A stretch of 61,901 bases of DNA, the filler included, from Basidiobolus ranarum (lineage: Eukaryota): NCBI GenBank assembly GCA_040143965.1. It is 6 parts of 6 records of this genome, joined end to end, with 100 filler letters (N's around TTAATTAATTAA, not from the genome) between each part and the next. Parts side by side here need not be neighbours in the genome. Positions count along the whole stretch, not along the records: positions 10,366 to 20,622 come from JASJQH010000725.1; positions 20,723 to 30,967 come from JASJQH010000726.1; 4 more parts are not named here. One strand, 5' to 3'. Shown here one piece after another: positions 13,758 to 25,690 of this stretch (positions are counted from its first letter, which is position 1; the number at the start of each line of letters is the position of its first letter). A model generated the notes under the pieces. It was not told the DNA's origin and did not search any database. It saw only the letters and a list, made by a program, of their open reading frames with translations. Both the position numbers and the translations under genes were made by a program.

Positions 13758-14647
13758 TTAGACCTCAATCTCCTAACCCCTACTGGCTCTCACAGCATGC
13801 AGTAGAGTCGACCTTTGACATACACAATAACTTGTATACATCCAATCATTTATACAAAATAAACTTCGCCACTGACTGCTGAGCGAATAAACACTTTCTA
13901 GTTTCTCACGATTCCCTGTTGCCATTTATGTCGTTTATGTGCATTTAGAGGAATCATGATCGGTTCCAGCTTAAGTGAGCAACAGTTAAAACTCGGACTT
14001 ATACCTTCCATTTTTAGAAGTATTTTTCCGACATACTGCCAATTTGCTTCTTCCCTGAGATGAGGTCAAGCTATGTGGAACATCGTGCAAGCTGCTAGTA
14101 GCTGGAAATTTACCTTCCATTAGCTATACATTGCAGCACTATTCTTTAGAAGAAAAGTGGGGCATTCTATTTTTGATGGATTGCCTCTTGTTTATAGAGC
14201 ACTAACTACTGCTCACGTACCCTGAAATTGTATTCTACGATCATCCGAGCAATCTCAGATGGGTCTCCTGTACTACAGAGCATTTCATGTGGTGAACATA
14301 TTTATGCAACTATTTCATTTGAATTAGTTGCTTCAATTCCTATTAGTAAAGCGTTGCTCCTTTGGAAGTTACTATCTGATTATTGCATCCGCTTTTAGAA
14401 ATTATGATACTAGGTCTAACAAAGAGGATCCGACTATTCACTGTAGATTGATACAAGATCTTGTTCTAATTAAGTTATTGCCGGACCTACTGAACTGGTA
14501 TTCGTCAATCCAACGGGCTTGTTGATCTGGAAAGTCCAAGCAATTAAGAATGGTAAAATCTCATGATCCAATATCGTCAATTCTAGAATCCTCAGATCCT
14601 CCGTGATTGGCTCTATCATTTGTGTCAAAGTGAATTTTTTCCCCCTG

Positions 14648-14655
14648 ATATAAAT
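14648..14655 (+). promoter_or_regulatory. TATA box of the NIS synthetase gene
   Basis: TATAAATA about 70 bp upstream of ATG 14721, followed by a pyrimidine-rich leader. Confidence 0.6.
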
Positions 14656-14720
14656 ACCCTCGCAAGTCTAAATCATCAGTTTCATATCACTCACTTCTCT
14701 TCACATCCTCGTTGACTGAA

Positions 14721-16761
14721 ATGTCTTCCAAAATCACTTTTAAATTTCCCCTCGATCTAAGTAACTCCAATACGAAGATCGAGAAAACTGGTTGCAGAAA
14801 CATTGACATCCTCAAGGGCCCCATTTTCCCCAATTTGCAGCATAAAGCCTATTTTGCCACATTCTCTCGTTTGGCTGCTTGTCTAGTCAACGAAAGTCTG
14901 GTTCACTCGCGCTTGATCAACGCCCAAATCCTGGGTGATACTCAACACAAGTGGTGGTGTGTGATAGCAAATTCAGAGTTCGAAAACGAAGATGATGAAT
15001 CGTTACTGAAACAGACTGGGATTTTTTTGCTTCCAATGCTTCATCGTCCAATAGTCGATGACGTTGAGGATGTTCAAGTGGTTCGTTTTGTGGATCCTAT
15101 GGATTGTGACTATCCTGCTTACGTTGCTCACCCTAATTCTGATAAGGTATAGTTCGTCCTACATCCCATTGGTTATGACTACTCAGTTTGATTCAGTCTC
15201 TAACTTGCAAATCGCAATTGTTGAATTTACAGGTTGTACATCTTGCTGTTGAGATTGATCCATGTATATTACTCAGACAAATAGGTCAATGGAGGAACAT
15301 TGAAGCAAGTCTGATCGAGTCGATCTGCGGAGAATTATTAAGTTCTGTTGAACATACAGAACACGCCTATCGAGCTAGAAAACCCGCCCCTACTTGGGAA
15401 TCATCGAGCATCGAATGGGAGCAAAGTATTATTGAAGGACATGCAACTCACCCTGTAAGCTTATTTTGATTATATATTGTATACTGACTAAAAAATATAC
15501 TAATTGTTATATTCTTTCAAAGATGCACAAAGCTAGATTTGCTGTTCCTCCTCTTCCACCGCTTCCCTCAGAGGCTGATCTTTCAACACCTGATATCTGT
15601 TTTGTGGCTGTACCCCGTCAAAAAGTGATGATCCGCGGTGATTTCGAGAAACTCATTCAGCCTGCTTTATCTTTAATGTCCGAGGAGGATCGTCAGTTGT
15701 ACGATTCTAGAGAGTGTGTGATACTTCCTGTTCATGAAATCCAACTTCCTAACGTTTTTGATAAGTTCCCTTTCGCCAAACTTCTCTCTATTCGACAACC
15801 GGCTAAAGCTTTGGCTGCTCTTCGTACGGTGTCTTTGGATGCTCTCTCTAACCTCAACTTGAAACTTTCTATTGGTATTAAAGTAAGCTCCTCCATGCGC
15901 ACAATCACACCTTGGACTACCTACCTGGGACCAGCTCTTCGACCTGTCATCGACAGAGTAGTTAAAGATAAGCAAATTCTCAAAATAGCTGACGAGCTAG
16001 CCAGTGCTGTGATTCGACATGACGATACAGATATTGCTAAACATTTGAGTTGCATCGTTCGCCAAGACACAGATTTGGTTCTTGATGGTGCTCACGAAAA
16101 GGCGATAGTTTGCTGCTCCTTAGTAGAGCGTGATGCCGATGGGGAAAGTTACGTAGTTAAAACATTTGAGTTGAATACACATCAGAAACGCCTACGATTC
16201 TTTCAAAAATATGCCGAGATATATCTTCAATGTTTTGTTAATCCGGTAGTTCATCATGGCTTTACCTTTGAAGCTCATGGACAAAACGTTATCGCTAGAT
16301 TCGATGCAGAGACTCGTGAGCTTGTAGGATTTATAGTACGTGATTTTGGTGGTATTAAGGTTCATCAAGAAACCCTTAAAAAAACCATTGGTATGTCTAT
16401 GGATGTGCTACCTAATGGTTGCGTGGAGGCTGAGAATTTAGAGGATGTTTACCACGTAGCTTTCCATACGATGTTTAATTGCCATATCCACCGTCTTATC
16501 CGCGCCTTAGATCTCCATTACTCTGGAGAAGGTTGGAGTATAGTTCGTGAAGTTCTCAATCAGTTGATCCCTCAAGAGTCACTCTTGCACCGAGTTTGGT
16601 TAGAAACACCGGAGGTGGATCTCAAATGCTTTATTCAGATGAAATTGGGTGGATTATATCGTGATTACATATATTGTAAGGTGCCTAACCTTCTATTGTA
16701 CCAAAACGAATTCCAAGTTACTCAGCACTGTAGATCTCCTTCACCTCCTGCAGACCGTTAA
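14721..16761 (+). CDS. NRPS-independent siderophore synthetase (IucA/IucC family, rhizoferrin-synthetase-like); exons 14721-15146, 15233-15454, 15523-16761
   Basis: Spliced WEQSIIEGHATHPMHKAR, plus LPVHEIQ, LRTV, LKLSIGIKVSSSMRTI, FEAHGQN and VRDFGG; two GT-AG introns restore the frame. Confidence 0.93.
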
Positions 16762-17995
16762 GGCATCATCTCTTCAAACAGTTGATGTTAATGTTTTGTA
16801 TAGATATTGATTAGTCACATGTTATGGTCTCGAAAGCGTCAAATTTTGCTAGATAATTGATCCAAGTCTTAAGTTCCTTTTAGAACTTATTCATTTATAT
16901 ATATATAATCCTGATCTAATAAATACAAATTCTATTGTTATTCCAAATTGCCAATTAGCATTTAGTGAAATGGTCAACTTAGAATGGATATAAAACGTGG
17001 CTCTTTAATTTAGGGCTCCTTATTACGTTTCATACTCATTGGATATGAGCCTATATGTATACTTCAACTACATGAAATATATCATATTGGCAACCTCAAG
17101 GTTACAAAAGATACAACTCCGTACGGCAAATAAGATTCCAAATTTTCATCTCTCTGTTTTATAGACAATAAGACGGCAACATAATGAGATACTGGAAAGT
17201 TGAACCTGTTCTTCATTTCAACACCAAGGAGGTGACGATTGTGTTTGACAGAAAGATGACACTCTTTGGTGAGGCTTCTTCCAAATATTCAATCTTGCCA
17301 AGTTTCTTAGAGGTTATTGTTTTTGATGGAACTGTTTAATCGACGATATTCTTGTGCAAAATCTTTATTGTAAAAAATAACGGTTAAAAACAGATTTTTC
17401 TTTGGATTGTGCTTTGAGATTTTCAATCTTTGGACGAAGTAGTAATAGTGCTATATTGAAGTTTGGTTTGTAGGATGTCCAAGTAGGTTAATATATCTTT
17501 GCATAATTGAGTTGGTTAACATATATAGCAACCCTGGAGCTCACCAGGGATAGACTTTCAAAGGCTCCTGTATTCTAGGGTGAATTTCTACTCTTTGATA
17601 TTTGTTTTGGGGGAGTAAGTATATTTTACTTTCGGAGGATATTGATCCCTAGTAGATTCGGGGAGTAGTCATCAAGGCAACCTTGATGTGCTAGGCGGAT
17701 ATGATGTCAATTACTTTTTCTAAACAAAGACAGACCCATTTCTATTGGCTTTGTTGATGAGTTGAAGAATCGATATGGCAATACATCTACCTCATTCTGA
17801 TCGCAATACATCAATCTATGTACTTGACAACCAAGTCACATTACACAACCATCTATCGACAACTATATGATTGAACATTCATCTGATAAAATCTACTTAT
17901 TTTTGCCTTTTGTACACCGTCTGCGAAGTATACCTTCTGATATTGGAATCTTTGGTTTGTTTGTTAGTTTGACCGGAATTACATATCTCTGAAGG

Positions 17996-19150
17996 ATGAA
18001 CCCTTTTCAATTACCATTCATCGCTTGTTTCCTAAGTGTATTCCTCAACTATGGATTTCTGGTGAATGCCCAAAATACTACAGTTCCTTCAGGAACCCAA
18101 GCTGTTTCCAAAGCAATTTTGGCTACTCCTACACCTGAATTACCAGATTTATCCTCTTGCAACGGTTACAAAGAGTTGTGTAGACGTGAATATGATAAAG
18201 TTTCTTATGCCACAACTCACAATTCATTTGCCTTATCCCCAAACCCAGCTGGCAATCAAAACTTTCCTATACAAACTCAATTACAAGATGGTGTCCGCGC
18301 CTTAATGCTTGACATTCATACTAGTCTTTCAGATCCGAAAGTACTTGAACTATGTCACGGTGATTGTAACTTACTTGATGCCGGCCCATTTGTCGAGGGC
18401 TTGAAAATAGTACGACAATTTTTGGACAATAACCCGTTGGAAATTATAACAATATTCCTCGAAAATTTTGCCGTAGTAGAGGCCGCTCAAGTTGCAGAAG
18501 CGTTTACGAGTGCAGATCTAGTTAAATACACGAAAATACAGCCTTTGAACGCAGCATGGCCTACATTACAAGAAATGATCCGAAACAATACTCGTCTGGT
18601 AGTATTTATTGATGATCAGGCCAATTACGCTTTATATCCTTGGTAATCATTCTAATGTTTCATTTTCATGTTTCGATGATAGTACTAACATGAAACAACT
18701 AGGTTACTCTGGGAATATGACTTTGTGTGGGAAACTCCTTACTCCATACCCGTCAATAGCCCCTATTCATGTGCCATTGATCGACCCAAAGATGTACAAA
18801 AACCTATGTATGTGTTAAACCACTTTGTTTTCGGGCAACTCAACATAGGTAATGGTGGCTTTCCTATTCCAGCAGGTAGCTACGCGAAAATAACAAACGA
18901 GGATCAACTCAGAGAGCACGCAATACAATGTCAAAATGAGCGTAACCAAGTTCCGAACTTCATAACGGTTGATTTCTATGATGTTGGAAATGTATTTCAA
19001 GTGGTGGCAGAATTCAATAATGTAACATATGTACCTCGTCCTCGATCCAGTAATCCTCCCCAGTCACCGTCGAATAACTTGGCTTCATACACCTTGCCTA
19101 ATCATATCGGTATCATATTTTCATTTTTACCTCTGGTGCTGGTGCTCTAG
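17996..19150 (+). CDS. Secreted, possibly GPI-anchored PI-PLC-X-like phosphodiesterase; exons 17996-18642, 18703-19150
   Basis: Signal peptide; CNGYKELC, THNSF, QLQDGVRALMLDIH, LCHGDC, WPTLQEMI...RLVVF, PNFITVDFY; hydrophobic C-terminus. Confidence 0.9.
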
Positions 19151-20079
19151 ATTCCAAATATTTGTATACCTTTTACACTCGCACTATTGTCAACATTGGA
19201 TATCACCTAAACGTTGAATTTACCCAGATTTTCCCTAGAATACTACCCACCATACTATATAGTTTGCTGTACCCTTCATAAAGATATGATCGAATTACCA
19301 TCAATTTTTCAAGGGTTTATTTAACCTTCGTCGCTTGTCTTCCAGCATACTACTTTAACTACGCCTCAAACCTTCATTGATTCAATAATGCTCACGTGGC
19401 TAAACAAAGAGCCTTTAAGGTTGTCACAGTATTTGTTGATCTATTAACCCAAATCCAGTTTAAAAGAAACGTCTCCGTTGAATATTTGGGAATTGATGAA
19501 GGATGCAAATTATACCAAATATATTCAATTGAGGCTTTGTATAGCAGCTAATGGAATGACTCTGGTGTTATTCAAGTACTAAAATATCTCAGAGCTTGCA
19601 GTGTCTACGCGGGATAAATCTGTCGATGATAGCTCTAAAAATAGGAGATAGCTGAACATGAATTTCATCGACAAGTTCGAAATTTGGCCAGGTTGGAAAC
19701 AACCTAATCCGTTAGCTACTAACTGATTACATAAAATCCTAAGAATGCTCTGGGTCATGAGTCATCGGATAATAGCCAACAATCGACGATGATGATCATC
19801 ATGAGAAATCAGCCGATCCTTCAAGAAAAAAAACCCCCATCGAGTAACCCTTTCTTTTACTTGGGTAACATTAAAGGTGGCACCAAAGGCCTAATTAGTA
19901 ACCCTAGTAGGAACTAAACTCTTCCGTAGTCATCTAGATGGGATCATAATCCCTAGTCTAGAAGAAACGGACAGGTACAAATAGACAGTTTACGCTCTAT
20001 CTTTCGGTCCCGAACAAATAAGATTCGGGCTGTTACATAAAGCAAATCTTTATATCACTTTCTCTTTTAATATTCTATC

Positions 20080-20535
<456 letters not shown>

Positions 20536-20622
20536 TAAGTGGGACAGTAGAGCCTAAACTCACTGGCTCCTTTGCTTTTCCCTTGGGTTTACTAACTTCC
20601 TGCTCCTTCAATACTTCTTTAG

Positions 20623-20722
20623 NNNNNNNNNNNNNNNNNNNNNNNNNNNNNNNNNNNNNNNNNNNNTTAATTAATTAANNNNNNNNNNNNNNNNNNNNNN
20701 NNNNNNNNNNNNNNNNNNNNNN
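20623..20722. other. Artificial contig linker
   Basis: N44-TTAATTAATTAA-N44. Confidence 0.99.
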
Positions 20723-20801
20723 AGGAGCCTAGTGCTGATTTAGCCTTTTCTGATGAACCCAAATCAGTACAGGAGGCTGTGGAGAGTCCCACCACAAAGT
20801 T
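20723..20801 (+). mobile_element. Fragment of a third copy of the same copia family in the opposite orientation (host of element B)
   Basis: Translates EPSADLAFSDEPKSVQEAVESPTTK, matching EPSANLAFSDEFKSVQEAMESSNTK at ~27240-27320 (-). Confidence 0.85.
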
Positions 20802-23800
20802 TATTGGGGGAAACTATGGGCTGTTTGAAGGAACTTTAGAAAAGTGAAGTTGTGATCAGCTTTGTGAGATAATTATTTATTTGGCAGAAATAAAGCATTT
20901 ATATGTTTAGGTGGATATACAGAAAGCTAACACTGGGGTTGCATTCTGAACATCTATGGGAGTAAAATGAGCTATATTTGGGGCAACTTGGACAAGTTTG
21001 AAATTTCCAATATGGATTTGCCAATTCTGACATTATTTGCATATATAAAATATATGTTCTGATTTTCAGTTGAGTGATATTTGACTAAGTAATCTGAGCA
21101 AACTTATGTATGATATATCAAATAGTTAGATGTTAAAGATAGGGAGAACAAATATGATAAAGACAATAAACTCTAATGCACCCAATCAACTAAATATTCA
21201 TATATCTTAATCCTAACTTAAATCTTAATTCTTCAAATTTTGGCCTGGGTAATGCTTTGATAAGGATATCAGCAAGCATGTCCTTAGTTGGACAGTACTG
21301 TAGTTGGATGTGCTTATTCTCAATAGTTTCCCTAACAAAGTGATGTTGAATATCAATGTGCTTACTTCTAGCATAAAATTTGGGTTTTTTAGTTAGAGAA
21401 ATTCAACTTTGATTATCCTTCAAAATTATGGTGGGTGAACCTTGAAAAGGCCAAAGTCTTTGAACAGTTTCCTTAACCACATAGCTTCCTTTGTTGTATG
21501 TGATGCTGCCATGTACTCTGCTTCAGTTGCTGAAAGTGCTATGGTGTGTGGTTTCTTGCTATTTCAAGATATGGCTGCTTCACTAAAGACAAAGGTATAT
21601 CTGGTGATAGATCTTTTGCCCTCAATGTCATATCCCCAATCTGCATCACTAAACCCAATTAGATCCTTATTCTCATAAGAATATGTGCATCTTAATCCTA
21701 GATCAATGGTCCCCTTCACATATCTGAAAATCTGCTTAACTGCTGCATAATGTTCAGATCCTGGGTTTTGCACATGTTGGCTAACTACTCCCACTGCATA
21801 AGAGATATCTGGCCAGGTTTCAGTCATAGTATAGATCAAATTCCCTACCATAGATTGAGAAGGAAACGCAGGGCTTTCAAATGACATATTTTGTGCAATA
21901 TTTGTCCAATTTTCATCATTTGTGATGGGATTTTTGAGAAGTTTCACACCTGGATCCATGGGAGCTGCTACTGGCTCACAATATGCCATCCTGTCACATC
22001 TGAGAATGTCTGAGATATGTTTAAATGGATTCAGAGTAATAGATTTGCACAATATATATCTAAGGGTCTGCAGGCCTAAAAAAGACGTAAGTTCACCTGA
22101 ATAGGTCATCTTAGATCTCTTTTGGTGTTCCTGAGAGCTTCATCATTATTGGTAGCTATAATCAGATCATCTACACATCAGGAAAGTATCAGCATACTAT
22201 CCTTATCTGTCTTCAAGTAGATCCCAAAATCCGCCATACTCTTTAGGAAAGCAATTGACTCCAAGTATGTATCTATCTTGGTGTACCAAGCCCTGGGTAA
22301 TTGCTTAAGTCCTTGAAGTGATTTTTGTAGCTTACACACATCCTCTGGGTGCTCAGGATCCACAAAACATTTGGGTTGATCCTTCAAGACATCCTCTTTC
22401 AGGTCCCCATTCAAAACAGCAGTTTTTACATCCATTTGATGGATTTTTAAGCTGTATTTTGCTGCTATTGCTGGTATGGTTCTGATGAAATTAAACTTTG
22501 CTACAGGAGCAAATGTTTCATTGTAGGCTACTCCTTCCATTAGAGAGTATCCTTTAGCCACAACTCTGGCTTTTTATCTTTCTACTGATCCATCTGCTTG
22601 CTGTTTAACTTTAATCACCTATTTGCATCCAATTGATTTTTGGTAATCAGGTAACTTAACCAAAGACCAAGTTTGGTTATCTATGAGTAACTGATATTTC
22701 TCTGCCATTGCAGCATGCCAAAGTTCATGTTGGGACCCTCCATAGCCTCCTGTACTGATTTGGGTCCATCCAAAAAGACCAAATTAGCCCTAGGCCCCTT
22801 TTGGCTAGTGTGATAGTAATCAGGAGGAGTTCTCATCTGATTGGATCTCCTAAGATGGGAAATGTGCACTAGAACGTCTGGTACAAATTTAGGCAATGAA
22901 ACCACCTTGGGCTTGGTTGAGGAGACTGCAGGTGAAAAACTTTCAATGTTTTTCTCACTGATCAGGATCTGGTGAGAGAAAGAAGAATTTTCATCAATTT
23001 TTGGTTGCTTTTCTTGATCCCGGATTGTTTTGATTGAAAGTTTTTCTTCTTCAGTAAATACCATGTCCCTTGACTTGATTAGCCTCTTATTTTAGTGTTA
23101 TGCAGTCTGTACCCTTTTGTTCCATCACAATATCCCAAAAAAGGACATTTCTGTCTTTTTTGGTCTAATTTTGATCTCTTCTGGTGCACATTCTGCTACT
23201 CCATTTTGCTGTGAAGAATATAGCACTGTAGTCTGGTTTTTTAACCCATGTGTTGAGCAGAAGACAGAGAAGAGCCTTGAGGTATATTCCCCTCCATTAT
23301 CAGTACAGATAATCTTAACCTTTAGACCTGTATCAGTCTTGACCATTGCTTTGAATTTCTTGAAGGTACCAAAGGCTTTATCCTTAATGGCCAGAAAGTA
23401 TACCCAAGTATCCTTTGTCTTGTCACCAATAAAGGTCATAAAATACATTTTTCCGCCTAAGGATTTTTTCTGCATTGGGCCACACAGATCTGATTGTATC
23501 AGGCCCAATTCTTGATTGATTCTGCTCATTCCAGAGCTCACAAATAGCTGTCCATGTTGCCTACCATATAGGTAACCTTTACATAGCTCCAAAACTGGTG
23601 GAATTAAGAAATTTAGTCCCAAAACCATCTTGTTTATGATTAAATTTCTCATATTTTTGGCTCCTATATGACCTGATCTCCTGTGCCATATTTTCCAGTC
23701 TATCTCTTTAGCTGTGGCAGTATTAACTTCTTCATATGTTGGCTAAATATATTGAAGTTTATACAAGCTATTTTGCTTAGCTCCAAAAGCTATGTAATTC

Positions 23801-24266
23801 TCTTTTTGATCCCAGATTGTACAGCCCTTTTGATTGAAATTAAAGATAGATCCCTCAGATGTAGCATTACTCACTGATAACAAATTTTTTGCTATCCCAG
23901 GCACATATAGCCCGTTTTTCAGTGCCAAATACATGTCCCCAGAGATGCCCCCAAGATCCACTTCAATTTCTCCCACTCAGAGCTTCTAGTATCTGGTCTT
24001 CTCCCATATAAACCTTCTTGTTTATGTCAGTTTTGAGTGTCTTAAGCCAGTTTTTTTGATTAGAGAAGTGTTAAGAGGCTCCAGAATCAATATACCACAA
24101 CCTACAGTCTTGCTCAGAGGTCACTAATAGGGCAGAAATGAATAAGACTTCCTCTTTGGTTGAAACTTGATTTGCTTTTTCTGACTTTGCACTTTTGTGG
24201 TAATTTCTTGATTTGCAATCTTTTATCTGGTGTCCTGGTGTGTTACAACCATAACTTAAACCTGGG
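20802..24266 (-). mobile_element. Ty1/copia element B: 5'-truncated at the gag zinc knuckle, 3' LTR at ~20802-21178, decayed PR-IN-RT-RH, ~220-bp deletion in integrase
   Basis: WYIDSGAS, SDLCGP, TDNGGEY, QQNGVAE, ETFAPVAK, HQMDVKTA, GFSDADW; colinear with element A. Confidence 0.93.
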
Positions 24267-24269
24267 GAT

Positions 24270-25312
24270 AATTGTGATAGAAAGGTCCACAGAAGTGCTG
24301 TTTTCCATATTGTTTGAGTTTGAATCAATTTAAACAATTGGTTCAGGTGAAAATCAATTTTTGTCATCATCTGAGGTCATTATGGATGAATATTATCAAT
24401 TTCACTGAACAAAACATTCCTGGACTTGACTACCTTTGAAATTTTGGTAACACAGAGTCTGTATGCCTTAGTTTGAGTGAAACAATCCATAAATATGCAT
24501 TTCTTACTTTTTGGATCAAATTTGGACCAATTTTTGGTCACAATTTTGATATCAGCAAGGCATCAAAAGATTGTCAAATGTTTTACATCAAGTTTAACTC
24601 CAAACAAGGCTTGATAGGGTGTGGAGTAAGAAAGACTTCTAACAAGACTTATATTCTTCAGACATAAAGCTGTAGCAACAGATTCCGCCCAAAGGTTATA
24701 AGATTAATTCTCTGCTTTTATCATGATTTTTCCATTTCTATTATAATCCTCATAGCTCCTTCAGCAACTCCATTCTGTTACTGTGTATAGAGGGTAGTAG
24801 TATGTTGCTTAATTCCAAGAACTTTACAAAAAGGGATTAAAGAGTGTTGAAGTATATTCCCCACCTTGATCAATACATATTTTCTTGATTTCAGATCTAG
24901 TTTCAGTCTCCCCCAGTGTTTTAAAGTTTTCAGAGACAGAGAGAGCTTCTCCTTTTCTTTCCATAAAGTTAACCCAAGTGTATCTTTTATGTTTGTTTAT
25001 AAATGTGAATAAACATGTTTTTCTATGTAAAGATCAATTTTGCCTACATCCACACAAATATGAATGAACTAGAACCAATTTTTTGACAGATTTGATTAAA
25101 CCAGAGCTCTTGAACAGTCACCAGGCTTGTTTTTCATGTAGACTACCCTCACAATTCTTCATGTTGGTTTGGTGGTCAAACAAATTCTAAAAATTAGCAA
25201 TTTTTGATCATTTCACTCAAATGGTCAAATCCAATATGACCAAGTCTCTTATGCCATAATTGAATGGTTACTTGATTGAAATAGCTTATAATTACACATA
25301 AATCTCTTGGAT
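24270..25312 (-). mobile_element. Older, different copia family (element C): integrase region, continuing at 30081-30195 beyond element A
   Basis: Minus-strand frames read WHKRLGHIG, LVHSYLCG, QNGVAE, LWAESVATA, TPYQALFGVK, KFDPKSKKCIF and KAYRL...KSRNVLF. Confidence 0.85.
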
Positions 25313-25690
25313 TATTAGGAGAATATTAGCTGTTTGGAGGAACTTTTAGAGAAATGCAGTTGGAATAGCTTTGTGAGAAAATTATTTATTGTCCAGAAAT
25401 AAAGCATTTATACATTTTGGTAGAAATACAGAAAACCAACACTGGGGTTGTGTTCAGAACATCTGTGGGAGTAAAATGAGCTATCTTTGGGGCAATTTGG
25501 GCAAGTTTGAAATTTCCAATATGGAATTGTTAATTCTCATATTATTCACATATATATATAATATATGCTTTGATTTTCAGCCAAGTGATATTTGACTAAG
25601 TAATGTTAGCTAACTTATATGTGATATGTGAAATAGTTAGGTGTATAAAGATGGAGATAACAAATAGGATAAAGACAATAAACTTCAATA
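25313..25690 (-). repeat. 3' LTR of element A
   Basis: Direct repeat of 29703-30080 and ~20802-21178. Confidence 0.93.
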
